From contig CAVYRH010000019.1 in NCBI GenBank assembly GCA_963770835.1, positions 288,001-352,000 on the forward strand: a stretch of 64,000 bases of DNA. The letters are read 5' to 3'. The stretch comes from an uncultured Pseudomonadota bacterium. Its GTDB lineage: Bacteria > Oederibacteriota > Muellerivitia > Muellerivitales > Muellerivitaceae. Shown here one piece after another: positions 10,776 through 21,363 of the stretch. A program made the translations under genes and the position numbers. The notes beneath the pieces are model-generated. The model saw only the letters and a program-made list of their open reading frames with translations. It searched no databases and was not told where the DNA came from. The number at the start of each line of letters is the position of its first letter. The stretch's first letter is position 1.

Positions 10776-11050
10776 GTCCGTTGTTCTAAAGTTTTAGAAA
10801 ATGAGGGGTGGCATAAACGCCGAAAAGTCTTTGAATTTCTTTCCTTTCCGCGTCAATCTGCGTCTGTCGGCGGTCCCCTTTTTTATGTCTTTCCGATTTT
10901 TACATTTCACTTGTCGTCATGGGATAGTCCCCTCCCTTCACCCAGCCGCCCCGGCCCCGCATTTGGCCCAAAAGGAATGTCCGCTTCTTGTTTTTTCGTT
11001 CGTCGTAATGGTATAAGCCGTGAAACAAAATAGAGCAAAGGAGCCCCACC

Positions 11051-11668
11051 ATGCAGACTGCAACATGGAACGTCATTCCCCAGGATGAAGTGATCGAACA
11101 AACCGCCGCCGCCCTGACGGCCAAAGGCATGGCGGCGCGCGTCGTGGAGAGCGGCGATATCGCCCGCAAAGAGGCCCTGGCCCTGATCCCGGACGGCGCG
11201 AGCGTGATGAACGTCACCTCGGCAACGGTGGACCAGATTGGCCTGGCCGCGGAAATCGCCGAATCCACCCGGTTTGAGGCGCTCCGCAAAAAAATCACTT
11301 CCTTGCCCCAGGCCGAGATGCGCGCCCAAATGCGCCGCGCCGGGTCGGTGGCCGACGTGGTGGTGGGCAGCGTGCACGCGCTCACCCAGGACGGCAAGGC
11401 GGTGGTCGTCTCGGGCAGCGGAAGCCAGTTGGCCCCCTACGCCTTCGGGGCGGCCAAGGTGATCTGGGTCGTGGGGGCCCAAAAGATCGTCAAGGACCTG
11501 GACGAGGCCATGCGGCGCATCGAGGAACATACCCTTCCGCTGGAAGTCGAGAGGATGCAAAAAATCTACGGCCGCGGAAGCTCGATCGCCAAGGTGCTCA
11601 TCTTCAACCGCGAAGGCGCGCCCGACCGGGTGAACATCTTCATCGTGAAGCAGGTATTGGGTTTTTAA
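11051..11668 (+). CDS. LUD domain (lactate utilisation/YkgG-like) protein
   Basis: GSVHALTQDG...SGSGSQL.PYAFGA.KVIWVVGAQKIV; AGGAG RBS. Confidence 0.8.
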   Translation: MQTATWNVIPQDEVIEQTAAALTAKGMAARVVESGDIARKEALALIPDGASVMNVTSATVDQIGLAAEIAESTRFEALRKKITSLPQAEMRAQMRRAGSVADVVVGSVHALTQDGKAVVVSGSGSQLAPYAFGAAKVIWVVGAQKIVKDLDEAMRRIEEHTLPLEVERMQKIYGRGSSIAKVLIFNREGAPDRVNIFIVKQVLGF

Positions 11669-12258
11669 TCTCCGCCCGGAATTTTCCCCAATCGCTCGCC
11701 GATCCCCGGGTATTCAACAACGAACCCGTTTGAATCAACCCGTAGGTCGGCCTTGAAGCCTCCCGATGAAAAGTGAACGAGGCCCTTTTGGGGGGGCTTG
11801 GGCAGGCGGGTATAAGTTTGCCGGGAAGGAACCACCCGGAGGCCGGGCATTTCGATGAAAACCATCAAGAACGTCATGGAGCCGGGTTTGCGGTGTAGCT
11901 GGTGCCGTAAAATCGGCATCGTATTGGTCAAAGGCGAATAGGCGATATCGCAATCCAACGCCCCCAAGAATTCCGGTGTGGGGCGGCCCATGACGGACCA
12001 CCCTTTTTTGCCGTTTCTCACCTCCAAACGCCGCCGGCGGTGGCCCGTCTCCGTGGTCACCGACAACTTACGGGTCACGCCATGGCTGTCCACTTCCAGT
12101 GAATAAACCGCCCAATAGAATTCGGGGGTTCGGGCCAAAATCCTTCCCTCCGCCCTAAACCCCAGCCCTTTTCCCAAGGAAAGCCATGCGCTCTCAAAAC
12201 CATTCGTCGCTTGAACAGCCCAAGACAACATTCTTTTCTTGGATGGTTTCAATCGCAT
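11665..12258 (-). CDS. Putative glycolipid-binding domain protein (PA1994/DUF1089-like)
   Basis: DCDIAYSPLTNTMPILR, QTYTR and FKADLRVDSNGFVVEYPG. Confidence 0.75.
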   Translation of the reverse strand: MRLKPSKKRMLSWAVQATNGFESAWLSLGKGLGFRAEGRILARTPEFYWAVYSLEVDSHGVTRKLSVTTETGHRRRRLEVRNGKKGWSVMGRPTPEFLGALDCDIAYSPLTNTMPILRHQLHRKPGSMTFLMVFIEMPGLRVVPSRQTYTRLPKPPQKGLVHFSSGGFKADLRVDSNGFVVEYPGIGERLGKIPGGD

Positions 12259-12433
12259 GGCAATTTTTCCTGTTGGATTTCCTTAAGCCCTTTTACCTGT
12301 CCGCAGTTGGTACAACGAATTGATGTGCAACAGCATCAATATCGGAACGCCGAAACCCGGGATCATCAACACATAGTCCAGGTAGGCAATGGAATGTCCC
12401 TGTTGGACCAACTGGCGGACGAAGGGCACATAG

Positions 12434-12964
12434 CTAGTGCGGCTCCGGGCGGTCCGGCACTTCAATTGGCTGTTGCAAAATGACTTTGAGCGCGGTCAGG
12501 AAGGCGAAAGCAACGGTAAAGAAGTCGACCGTCAAGGCCGTGATGTAGACCGCGGGGCTGTAGGGGAGGCCTGCTAAAACATAGACCAGCATCGCCAGTG
12601 TCACGGCGGCGCCCAACACAACGAAAACCGCGAGTATGGGGAGCGGCGGTCCTTGGCCGACCACCTTGCGGCGCCGGTACGGATAAGTGACCTGAAGCGA
12701 CAGCATCGGCAGCGCGAAAAGCACGGCGGAGCCTTGCCAAATCCACTTTTCCGGGATGTCGTAGAGCGCCAATAGCGCCGGCAGCAGCGCCGCCGCCATC
12801 AATATGAAAATGTGCACCATGATCGTTTTCGCGAGGAACGCGTCAAGCACTGACAACCTCGCCCCGGCAGCCTGCCGGACGCTCAACAAGAGCGCCGAGA
12901 ACCCCGCGAAGGTGATCATCAGGCCGGCCAATGTGTACAGAAAGACTGCGCCTTTGACTTCCAT
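12434..12964 (-). CDS. Hypothetical integral membrane protein
   Basis: 176 aa with about 5 hydrophobic segments; no recognised motif. Confidence 0.6.
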   Translation of the reverse strand: MEVKGAVFLYTLAGLMITFAGFSALLLSVRQAAGARLSVLDAFLAKTIMVHIFILMAAALLPALLALYDIPEKWIWQGSAVLFALPMLSLQVTYPYRRRKVVGQGPPLPILAVFVVLGAAVTLAMLVYVLAGLPYSPAVYITALTVDFFTVAFAFLTALKVILQQPIEVPDRPEPH

Positions 12965-13091
12965 GGTTTGCCCCGCCTTGACCGCCGTCAGAGGATGTTG
13001 TGGCTCATCGGGGCTGATTTTAATCTGCCTCTCTTTCGAGGCGCAAGAGGCAAGGCCCGCCTTCCGGCAAAAACCTCAGTCGCTGAAGGCG

Positions 13092-13421
13092 TTAGGGGTC
13101 TTCATGGATGAAAGGTTTTATTTTATCGACAAGTGGCGGTAGGTCTTCATGGATGATTTCCCAGATACGGTCCAAATTGATGCCTAGATAGTCATGGACC
13201 AAAACGTTCCGGAAAGCCCCGATATCCCGCCATGGGATTTCAGGGTGCCTTTCCTTGGTTTCTGGGGAAATATGTTGTAGGGATTCGGATAGTTCTTGGA
13301 GTTCCCGCAAGACGGCCTTTTGGGTGCGGCGGTCTTGGTTAAAAGCCTCCCGGCCTTCCACGACATAACCCTGGACGGCTTTAGCGCATTCCAAAATATG
13401 GCGGAGATAATACGCGGTCAT
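13092..13421 (-). CDS. hepT: HepT/DUF86 HEPN ribonuclease toxin, N-terminus apparently frameshifted
   Basis: HPEIPWRDIGAFRNVLVHDY (R-X4-H-X-Y); directly downstream of the nucleotidyltransferase. Confidence 0.85.
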   Translation of the reverse strand: MTAYYLRHILECAKAVQGYVVEGREAFNQDRRTQKAVLRELQELSESLQHISPETKERHPEIPWRDIGAFRNVLVHDYLGINLDRIWEIIHEDLPPLVDKIKPFIHEDP

Positions 13422-13424
13422 CCT

Positions 13425-13715
13425 TCAAAGCGGATGGGCCTCACTAAGGACAGTTTCCCGGATTTCCGGGCGCAGGGCCCCGCGTTCCACCACATCCACC
13501 CTTCGGCCCAAAAGTTCCTCCAAGTCGGCTACAAGCCCGCCCGGGAACCAGGGCGTGACTTTTTTTCCCGCCGTTATGAGGAAATCCACGTCGCTATTTT
13601 CCCGGGCTTCGCCCCGGGCAACGGAACCAAAGATCCGGATATCCTCCACGCCATGCTTATGGGCGATTCGGAGGATTTCAGGGCGCTTATTTTCAAGAAT
13701 CTCCTGGATTCCCAT
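13425..13715 (-). CDS. mntA: MntA-type minimal nucleotidyltransferase antitoxin
   Basis: IFGSVARGEARENSDVDFL and LEELLGRRVDVV. Confidence 0.9.
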   Translation of the reverse strand: MGIQEILENKRPEILRIAHKHGVEDIRIFGSVARGEARENSDVDFLITAGKKVTPWFPGGLVADLEELLGRRVDVVERGALRPEIRETVLSEAHPL

Positions 13716-13867
13716 GCTTCTGTCCTTTCGGCCGATCCAACAGGGGTGGTGAACGATTCATTATTATACTTGGCGCCGGCCAAACAACCAAAGCTAACGA
13801 AAATGGGGTAATGTTACAGTTTGAAAAGGACTTTCGTGTTTAAGTTCTCTTTGCGAGGTGGCGCGGC

Positions 13868-16800
13868 TCAGCGCAGGACCGAAACCTTGACCACCTGCCG
13901 GCTCACCAGGCCCCCCTCGGCGTCCCTCTCCTCCACTACCGCCAGGTAGAGCCCGCTGGCCTTGCCCGCGGCGTTCCAGGCGGGCGGGGAGGCCGCGTTG
14001 TTGCCCGAGGCTTTGCCCACCAGTTCCCCCGCCACCGTGTACACCGAAACCCGCAGCGTCAGGGCCAGGGCCGAATTCGTGCTGAAGGTGGCCGTCGTGG
14101 AGCCGTTCTTGAGAACGTTCGGCCAGGCGGCCACCATGCCGGCCCCGGCGTGGACATCCTTGTCCTCCACCGTCACTTCCCCCGTTACCACGGTCTGAAG
14201 GCCCGACCCGCTTTGCGTGGAGAGTTCCACGATGTAACGCCCGCTTTCCACGAAGACCCCCGTGTCGCTTTTGCCGTCCCACACCGCCGTCGCGCCGTTG
14301 CCCATGCTGATCGTCAGCTCGCTGGGTATGCCCGGCGTCGGGGCGCCTGCGGGCTCGATGGTGCTCGAGGAAAGGGCGATCTGGCCCATCGGCGGCAGGC
14401 CCGGGTCCTCCCGGTAGAGCACCAGGTGCCGCACCACTTCCCCGGCCTCGTTGAAGATCAGCACTTGGGTCGTGTAGATGGTCCGGCTCACGGTCACTTG
14501 CTGCGTTGTGCTGGTCACCACGCCGGCGCCGTCGATGTTATCCACCTTCACGTAGTAAACGCCGTTGGAAACCGGGTTGCCGGCGCCGTTGGTGCCGTCC
14601 CAAACGCCGATGGGCGCGCCCCCGGCGATGATCGTTACCGCGTTGTCGGCCCCGTTCAAGGAAGTAATGGTGCCCCCGGAAGCCAGCTGGAAGCTCACCA
14701 CGGGCTGGACCATCTGCTCCACCAGCACCTCTTTCACCAATTCCCCGGCCTCGTTGTAAACCCCGATCTTCAAGGTGACCAGCACGTTGGTGGTGGGCGT
14801 GGGCGTGAAGGTATACGTGAAGGTCGGGCTGAAGGTGGGAGTGTTCGTGGGGGTAAAGCTATCCGTGAGGGTGGGAGTCGAGGTGGGGGTTTTGGTGGGC
14901 GTATTCGTGGGGGTTGGCGTGGCCGTGTTGGTCGGGGTGAAGGTCGCGGTAAAAGTGGGCGTCAGGGTCGGCGTGGAGGTATTCGTGGGCGTGGGGGTGT
15001 TGGTGGGCGTGTTGGTAGGCGTGAAGGTGTTCGTGTTGGTCGGCGTATTCGTGGCCGTGGCCGAGGGGATGGGGGTGTTCGTGGGGGTGGGCGTGGCCGT
15101 GTTGGTCGGGGTATTGGTGGGGGTGTAGGTAGGCGTCGGAGTGAATGTATCGGTGGGGGTGTTGGTGGGCGTGGGGGTATCGGTATTGGTGGGTGTATTG
15201 GTAGGCGTGACCGAAGGCACCGGGGTAGGCGTATCCGTAGGAGTGTTGGTGGGCGTCAGTGTCGGCGTATTGGTAGGGGTATTCGTGGGTGTGGGGGTAT
15301 TGGTGGGCGTGTTGGTGGGCGTCGGGGTCGGCGTATTGGTGGGGGTATTGGTGTTGGTGGGTGTAGCCGTGGGAGTATTGGTGGGCGTCAGGGTTGGGGT
15401 ATCCGTCGGCGTGCCGGTGAAATGAAGGGTATTGGTGGGCGTGGGGGTGTCGGTGTTGGTAGGAGTATTCGTCGGCGTGTTGGTGGACGTGGGAGTGGGG
15501 GTGTTCGTGGGCGTGTTGGTAGGCGTGAAGGTATCGGTATTGGTGGGCGTAGCCGTGGGAGTATTGGTCGGCGTCAGGGTCGGCGTGTTGGTGGGCGTGT
15601 TCGTGGGCGTTGGGGTTTTGGTGGGGGTGTTGGTCGGCGTCAGGGTGGGCGTAGCCGTGGGGGTGTTGGTGGGCGTGGGGGTGTCGGTATTGGTGGGGGT
15701 ATTGGTGGGCGTGTTGGTGGGAGTGGGCGTGGGGGTCCAGCAGGGGCCGGAATAGACGAAACCGATGTCGCTGAATTGCACCGTATCGTCCCCGGAGGCG
15801 GTGTTGCCGTCGATGAAGTCGATTTCGCTGAAAGTCGACGGGGTAAAGCTCGTAAAGGCGCTCAAGGGGATGTACACCTGCTGCCAGGCGCCGGTGATGG
15901 CGCCCCCCGGAATGTAACTGGTGATGGTGACCCGGTTGGAGGTGTTGCCGACGGCGTCCCTCAAGGCCACCTGCATAAAACTAACCGGCGCCCCGGTGCT
16001 CCGCACCCAAAGCACCAAATCGGCGTAGGGGGTCAGGTTCCAAGCCAGGGCGGCGGTACCGTTGGTGAAATTCCAGCCCGCGCCGGCGTAATAGCCCGAG
16101 GGCCAGTTGAAATTATACTGAAGGGCCTTTTCTCCCGCCAAATGGCCCGGGCTGACTTCCGACACGGTGGCGTCGTTGGTCCAGGTATAGCCCGCCGACA
16201 AACTGGTGGCCGGCGTCAGGCCGTTGTAAATATCGTTCGGCGGGCAGGAGAAGGGCGGCGTCGGCGTGTAGGTGGGGGTGGGGGTGTCGGTGGGGGTCGG
16301 CGTATCCGTGGGGGTATTGGTGTTGGTAGGCGTGTTGGTGGGGGCGGGGGTCGGCGTCCGGGTGGGCGTGGGAGTGGGCGTGGGGCTGAGGGTCGGCACG
16401 CAGGCGACGGCGTCCGACACGGAGTTCGAGGCCTTGTTGCCGTCGGGCCAGGCCAGCGACGCCTGGTCCACCAGCGTGAAGCAGCTGCTGCCGGGGGTGG
16501 GCTGGGGGATGAAATTCATGTCCGAAACCGACGCCGAAAGGGTGACGCAGCCCGTCTCGAAATTGGGGAATACGATCGAGTTCCCGTTGGCGGTGGGTTC
16601 GTTGGCCTGGGCGTTCAAGGGGCCGGAGTAGCACATCGTGAAAGGTTCGACGGCGTCCCCGTATCCCCAGCATCCGAACGAAAAAGTGCCGCCCTGGGAG
16701 GCGGTGTCCTGCAGGAAATTGTCCGTGATGGTGGTGGGCCCGTCGGTGACCGGCGCGCCGGTGTCGCAGACCGTGATGGAGAAGGTGATGGCCATCTGGC

Positions 16801-17554
16801 CGAAGCCGGTGACCGCGCCCGACTGGGACTTGGTGATGGTGAAGGCCGGGGGCCCCAGGACGGGCTGGGGGGTGGGAATGGGCGTGCATTGGCGCCAGAA
16901 CAGGGCGCCCGTGGCGTTGTTGGTGCCGTAGTCCCCCGAGCAGTTGTTAGCGATGAAAGGAAGCCTCTGGCCGGTGACCGGGTTAAAGATGGACTCGGCC
17001 CAGGTGGAGGTCGTCACCCCGCTGGAGCAATAGGAGGTGCTGAAGGCGGCCGTGCTGTTGTTGAAGTTTGGGCTGGTCCAGGTGACGCCGTTGGAGTCGG
17101 TGGCCGGCGCGGCGGAGGGATTGCCCGCCGGGTTGTAGACCATTTCCATGCCGCCCGACGAACTGGTGATCTCCGAGTGGCCCCCGCCCTGGCAGGTGAT
17201 GTCCAGGTCCCAGGAGCTGAAATTGACATAGGGGTTGGTGTTTTGCGTGTACACCGCCAGGCAGACTTGCGGACCCGCCAGCAGGCTCACCGGCACGTTG
17301 GCGCAGGTGGGAAAGCCCGCTTTCTCGGTCCCGGGCACGCCGGCGTAGGGGAAGAAGCCGATGGAAACCCCGCCGACCCAAACCGTCGTGTCGTCGTCAC
17401 CGGACACGCAGAGCGTGGCGGACGTAGGCGTGCAGGCCTGGGCCCAAACGGGTCCGGACGGGGCCGCCATGCCCAGCAGGAGGATTCCCCCTCCCAGGAT
17501 GAAATAAGTTGTCAGGGGGGCCCGATGAAAAAGGGCCCTGAAGTTTCGGTCCAT
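13868..17554 (-). CDS. Large secreted Pro/Thr-repeat protein with DUF11-like, CBM-like and FlgD-Ig/T9SS-CTD-like domains
   Basis: Signal peptide ending VWAQA; TITKS...ITV.DTG...[15 protein letters not shown]; long PT repeats; [12 protein letters not shown]...[15 protein letters not shown]...ASGLYL. Start 17554 preferred over 17614. Confidence 0.75.
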   Translation of the reverse strand: MDRNFRALFHRAPLTTYFILGGGILLLGMAAPSGPVWAQACTPTSATLCVSGDDDTTVWVGGVSIGFFPYAGVPGTEKAGFPTCANVPVSLLAGPQVCLAVYTQNTNPYVNFSSWDLDITCQGGGHSEITSSSGGMEMVYNPAGNPSAAPATDSNGVTWTSPNFNNSTAAFSTSYCSSGVTTSTWAESIFNPVTGQRLPFIANNCSGDYGTNNATGALFWRQCTPIPTPQPVLGPPAFTITKSQSGAVTGFGQMAITFSITVCDTGAPVTDGPTTITDNFLQDTASQGGTFSFGCWGYGDAVEPFTMCYSGPLNAQANEPTANGNSIVFPNFETGCVTLSASVSDMNFIPQPTPGSSCFTLVDQASLAWPDGNKASNSVSDAVACVPTLSPTPTPTPTRTPTPAPTNTPTNTNTPTDTPTPTDTPTPTYTPTPPFSCPPNDIYNGLTPATSLSAGYTWTNDATVSEVSPGHLAGEKALQYNFNWPSGYYAGAGWNFTNGTAALAWNLTPYADLVLWVRSTGAPVSFMQVALRDAVGNTSNRVTITSYIPGGAITGAWQQVYIPLSAFTSFTPSTFSEIDFIDGNTASGDDTVQFSDIGFVYSGPCWTPTPTPTNTPTNTPTNTDTPTPTNTPTATPTLTPTNTPTKTPTPTNTPTNTPTLTPTNTPTATPTNTDTFTPTNTPTNTPTPTSTNTPTNTPTNTDTPTPTNTLHFTGTPTDTPTLTPTNTPTATPTNTNTPTNTPTPTPTNTPTNTPTPTNTPTNTPTLTPTNTPTDTPTPVPSVTPTNTPTNTDTPTPTNTPTDTFTPTPTYTPTNTPTNTATPTPTNTPIPSATATNTPTNTNTFTPTNTPTNTPTPTNTSTPTLTPTFTATFTPTNTATPTPTNTPTKTPTSTPTLTDSFTPTNTPTFSPTFTYTFTPTPTTNVLVTLKIGVYNEAGELVKEVLVEQMVQPVVSFQLASGGTITSLNGADNAVTIIAGGAPIGVWDGTNGAGNPVSNGVYYVKVDNIDGAGVVTSTTQQVTVSRTIYTTQVLIFNEAGEVVRHLVLYREDPGLPPMGQIALSSSTIEPAGAPTPGIPSELTISMGNGATAVWDGKSDTGVFVESGRYIVELSTQSGSGLQTVVTGEVTVEDKDVHAGAGMVAAWPNVLKNGSTTATFSTNSALALTLRVSVYTVAGELVGKASGNNAASPPAWNAAGKASGLYLAVVEERDAEGGLVSRQVVKVSVLR
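14787..15735 (-). repeat. Coding low-complexity tandem repeat (TPTNTPT-type linker, about 300 aa)
   Basis: Degenerate Thr/Pro/Asn codon repeats; a second short tract lies at about 16255-16395. Confidence 0.9.
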
Positions 17555-17787
17555 GGTCTTCAAACCCGGTCCGGGAAGAAACGAGGGTGATTTGCCTCGT
17601 GAAAAACCGAACAAACTGAAATTGTTTTAAGTTTGTTTAAGTTTGTGATTAGACCAATAATTTCTCACGAAAACGCCTTTCTTGCAGTATCCCAGGGGCC
17701 CATTTCAAGGCCCCCGTTTAACTGGAGTAGTGATCCGGTTTAAATCTTCCCGAGGTATCACCCTGCGGCCGGTTTATCACCGCGAAT

Positions 17788-17822
17788 AAAAAAAGGCGGA
17801 GCCTTTCGGCCCCGCCTTTTTT
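17788..17822. terminator. Rho-independent terminator downstream of the FKBP gene (possibly bidirectional)
   Basis: A7-GGCGGAGCC TTTC GGCCCCGCC-T6. Confidence 0.8.
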
Positions 17823-17869
17823 ATCTTTGGACTGCCTGCCAGCTGCGAACTGTCAGCTGTCAACTGCCG

Positions 17870-18382
17870 TTATTGGGAAATATCCAAAAGTTCCACGTCG
17901 AAGATGAGCGTGGCGTTGGGCGGTATGGCGCCCCCTGCCCCGGCCGCGCCGTAGCCCAGGTCGGGGGGGATGGTCAATTTGCGTTTTTCACCCACGCGCA
18001 TCCCCGCCACGCCGATATCCCAGCCCTGGATGACCTGACCGGCCCCGAGGATGAACTGGAAGGGTTGTCCCCGGTCCACCGAACTGTCGAATTTGGTCCC
18101 ATTGGTCAGCCAGCCGGTGTAATGCACGCTGACGGTTTCCCCCCTCATGGCAAAAGACCCTTTTCCCCGCTTGAGGATTTGGTACTTGAGCCCCGAGGGC
18201 GTGGTGATGACCTCCGGCTCGGCCTTCTTTTTCTTGGCTGCCGGGGTCGGGCTGGCTGAGGCGTCCGTGGCGGCGGGGGTAGCGGCAACGGGGGTGGCGT
18301 CCTGCGCCATCGCGTTGGAGCCTATTCCCAAGCCTAGCAAGGCCAGGATGGCGGGAATCAAGACGGTCGTGCGGTATTTCAT
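17870..18382 (-). CDS. Secreted FKBP-type peptidyl-prolyl cis-trans isomerase
   Basis: [42 protein letters not shown]; signal peptide; GGAG RBS before ATG 18382. Confidence 0.95.
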   Translation of the reverse strand: MKYRTTVLIPAILALLGLGIGSNAMAQDATPVAATPAATDASASPTPAAKKKKAEPEVITTPSGLKYQILKRGKGSFAMRGETVSVHYTGWLTNGTKFDSSVDRGQPFQFILGAGQVIQGWDIGVAGMRVGEKRKLTIPPDLGYGAAGAGGAIPPNATLIFDVELLDISQ

Positions 18383-18448
18383 TTTCTTTTCTCCATTTCT
18401 AAAGGTAGCGGATGAAGCGCGAGTATACCCGATCCGCGGAACCAATTT

Positions 18449-18598
18449 AACCACCAAGGCACCAAGGGCACCAAGAACGACGAAAGACACTAATGTTTAA
18501 GAAAGCCTTAAACCCAATCTTTGTTTCAGCCTTTCTTGGTGCCCTTGGTGCCTTGGTGGTTCAAACCGCCTTGGCTTGCTGTTAGTTTTCGGTTAGAG
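18449..18598. repeat. ACCAAG-type palindromic intergenic repeat (inverted copy of 4655-4800)
   Basis: ACCACCAAGGCACCAAGGGCACCAAG...CTTGGTGCCCTTGGTGCCTTGGTGGTTCAAA. Confidence 0.75.
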
Positions 18599-18801
18599 TT
18601 CATGTTTCGGCGTTGATTATGGTTTACCCGGATGTTACGACCAAAATCAGGCGGAAAACGGGGGTGGCAATATAATGCCCACTCACTTACCCGGCGGCCT
18701 TGCGGACCACACCATCCGGTAAATCCCGTTTCAATTTTATATATTTGGTTTTTGCTAACCTTTGTAACTTGGTGATGAACAATATTTAAGGAGTCTTTTC
18801 A

Positions 18802-20448
18802 ATGGCCCGAAAGTTATTGGCGGTTTTGGCGATGGCAGTGGTTTTAACCGGCTGTTCCCATGTGGATCCCAAAATCTATTCCCAAGACAGGCCGGTGGCG
18901 GACGGGGACATGCTGGTGGAAGCCAGCAACAAAGAGCCGAAACATTTAATGCCGCCCCTGGTGCCGGATATGGTCGGCTGGTGCATCGATAATTGGTTGG
19001 TGTTCAACGGGCTGATCCGTTTAAATGAAAATTACGATCCCGTGCCCAGCCTCGCGGAAAAATGGACCGTTTCCAAGGACGGCAAGGTCATTACCTATTA
19101 CCTGCGCAAAGGCGTTCGTTTCCAGGATGGGGTGGAGTTCACGGCGCAGGACGTGCTTTTCACTTATCAGGTTTATTCCGACCCGAAGGTGAATGGCCCC
19201 AGGGGGTCCTACTACGAGAATATCAAAAACGTCGAAATCCTGGACCCCTACACGGTCCGGGTAAACTATAAAAAACCCTATCCTGCGGCCCTGGGCCAGA
19301 CCTTCGACTGCATCCTTCCCAAACACTTATTGGAAGGCCAGGACATCAATAAGTCGGACTTCGACCGCCATCCCGTCGGCACCGGCCCCTACAAGTTCGT
19401 GGAATGGAAAACCGACCAGCAGATCGTGCTGGAAGCCAATCCCGATTACTGGGAAGGCAAGCCCCATATCCAAAAGTTCGTCATGCGAATCATTCCCGAC
19501 CAATCTACGGAATTCCTCGACCTCCTGAACGGGGGGATCGACGCCATCGGGCCCTGGTTATTTGGATCCATGAGCGCGGAACAATATGTCAAAGACACGG
19601 AAAACCCGAAGTTCAAGGATTACTACAACGTTTATAAAACGAATACATTGGCCTATGTCTATATTGGTTGGAATCCGAAAAACCCGTTATTCAAGGACAA
19701 GAAGGTCCGGCAGGCCCTGACGATGGCCATCGACCGCCAAACCCTCATCCAAAACGTCCTTTTCGGTCAGGGGACTATTTCCACCGGTCCATTCCATACC
19801 TGGGCAAATAATCCGGACATCAAGCCCTGGCCCTTCGATCCGGCAAAAGCGCGGGAATACCTAAAGGAAGCTGGCTGGAAGCCGGGCCCGGACGGGATTC
19901 TGCATAAGACCATTGCCGGCAAGGATACGCCGTTCAAATTCAATCTTTTGATCTGCCAGGGATACGTCGAATCCGAAAGAATGGCCACGATCATTCAACA
20001 GCAGTTGAAGCAGCTGGGTATCCAGATTGACGTGCAGGTTTACGAATTCGGCACCTATTGGTCCCAATACCTGGAAAGCCGGAAGTTCGAAGCCTATATC
20101 GGGGAGTGGTTTACCGACCCGGACCCGTCTGACACCTACCAGATATTTCATTCCAGCCAGACGGACCAGAACCAATTCAATTTCGTCAGCTACAGCAACC
20201 AGCAAGTCGACCGGCTTCTGGAGGAGGCGCGCGAAACCTTCGATTTGACGAAACGCAAGAAAATCTATTGGAAAATTCAATCCATCCTCAACGAGGACCA
20301 GCCCTATACCTTCCTCTATGTCCCCAACAATTTCATGGCCATCCACAAAAGGTTCAAGGGTTATCAAATGAATCCCAACGGCGTCCTGATGCACCCGGAA
20401 AAATGGTACGTGCCGGCGGACCAGCAAAAATATTCCGTCAAGCCCTGA
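18802..20448 (+). CDS. Family 5 (peptide/nickel) ABC transporter substrate-binding lipoprotein, AppA-like
   Basis: Lipobox VLTGC; LRKGVRFQDGVEFTAQDV, PVGTGPYKF, VRQALTMAIDR; AAGGAG RBS. Confidence 0.9.
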   Translation: MARKLLAVLAMAVVLTGCSHVDPKIYSQDRPVADGDMLVEASNKEPKHLMPPLVPDMVGWCIDNWLVFNGLIRLNENYDPVPSLAEKWTVSKDGKVITYYLRKGVRFQDGVEFTAQDVLFTYQVYSDPKVNGPRGSYYENIKNVEILDPYTVRVNYKKPYPAALGQTFDCILPKHLLEGQDINKSDFDRHPVGTGPYKFVEWKTDQQIVLEANPDYWEGKPHIQKFVMRIIPDQSTEFLDLLNGGIDAIGPWLFGSMSAEQYVKDTENPKFKDYYNVYKTNTLAYVYIGWNPKNPLFKDKKVRQALTMAIDRQTLIQNVLFGQGTISTGPFHTWANNPDIKPWPFDPAKAREYLKEAGWKPGPDGILHKTIAGKDTPFKFNLLICQGYVESERMATIIQQQLKQLGIQIDVQVYEFGTYWSQYLESRKFEAYIGEWFTDPDPSDTYQIFHSSQTDQNQFNFVSYSNQQVDRLLEEARETFDLTKRKKIYWKIQSILNEDQPYTFLYVPNNFMAIHKRFKGYQMNPNGVLMHPEKWYVPADQQKYSVKP

Positions 20449-20564
20449 GAAAGTAGGTCCCGCCATTTAGGGTGATCCGCGGTGGGGCCAGGCGGCCAAT
20501 ATCCAGCGGAATCCGCGGACAAATAGGCAAGCAGGATCAACCCTCTCGAAGTAAAATTATCCCC

Positions 20565-21299
20565 ATGGGCTTTCGTATTTATCTGTTTCTTCTAACTTCC
20601 TGTTTCCTGGCCTTTTCGCTTGGCTGCCAAAAGACCTACGTCGTCCCGCCCCTCACCCAGTCCGCGGCTCCGACCGTCACCCCCATTTGTTATGGTGGTA
20701 TAGATGGTGAACCGGGCACCTGTACCAGCGGGATTAACTGGGGAGCCTTCGTGGAGAACTACGACGTCAGCGGCGTTTACCAATACGCGGCGTCGATGGC
20801 CTTGGCGGTCAACTGCGCGCCGGAAACCACCGATGGGGTCACCCTCACCGGGCCGGGTGTCACCCTTCCCCTGGCCTACGACAATTTGGTGACAATCGGG
20901 GGGACGGTTTACGCCTCTTACCAAAGCGTTACGGTGACCGGCAGCCTGACCTCGGGCGATGTTTACACGATGACATCCGCGACTTCGATCGGAACGGCTT
21001 CCGCCGCCGTCACCCTTTCCGAACCCATTACCGTGTCGAAATATTCGGGATACGACGTCGCTACCTGGAATGGCCCTTCCTGCGGCTTGAACCTTTTTAC
21101 TTTTAACACCGGGGGCGAATGCTCATGGACAGGGAATGGGTTTGAGTCCGTTTCACCGATGACTATTACAAGCTTTGGGGGTGGTTCTTGTATTCCTTCA
21201 ACCCTGGTGGGAGCGCAACTCTTCAGCTCAAACACCAACCTCGTTGGAGGATCAGGCTCTTTTAGCATGGCAAACGGCGCCCTCGTCACATACCCATAA
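20565..21299 (+). CDS. Hypothetical Ser/Thr/Gly-rich lipoprotein
   Basis: Lipobox FSLGC after a hydrophobic stretch; several Cys; followed by a terminator. Confidence 0.6.
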   Translation: MGFRIYLFLLTSCFLAFSLGCQKTYVVPPLTQSAAPTVTPICYGGIDGEPGTCTSGINWGAFVENYDVSGVYQYAASMALAVNCAPETTDGVTLTGPGVTLPLAYDNLVTIGGTVYASYQSVTVTGSLTSGDVYTMTSATSIGTASAAVTLSEPITVSKYSGYDVATWNGPSCGLNLFTFNTGGECSWTGNGFESVSPMTITSFGGGSCIPSTLVGAQLFSSNTNLVGGSGSFSMANGALVTYP

Positions 21300-21326
21300 A
21301 AAAAAGCGGGACCGATTGGCCCCGCC
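21298..21326. terminator. Terminator between convergent genes
   Basis: A8-GCGGGACC GATT GGCCCCGC. Confidence 0.55.
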
Positions 21327-21363
21327 TTCAAAATCTTTACCAGGCTGGTTTAATCCCATTTTT

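Noticed and set aside
14787..15735. Tandem repeats as a CRISPR array or non-coding satellite
   Set aside because: In-frame coding repeat with synonymous variation
14150..17590. 1146-aa plus-strand ORF and Val/Gly-rich ORFs opposite the PT repeat
   Set aside because: Antisense shadows of the Pro/Thr-repeat gene; low-complexity products with no motifs
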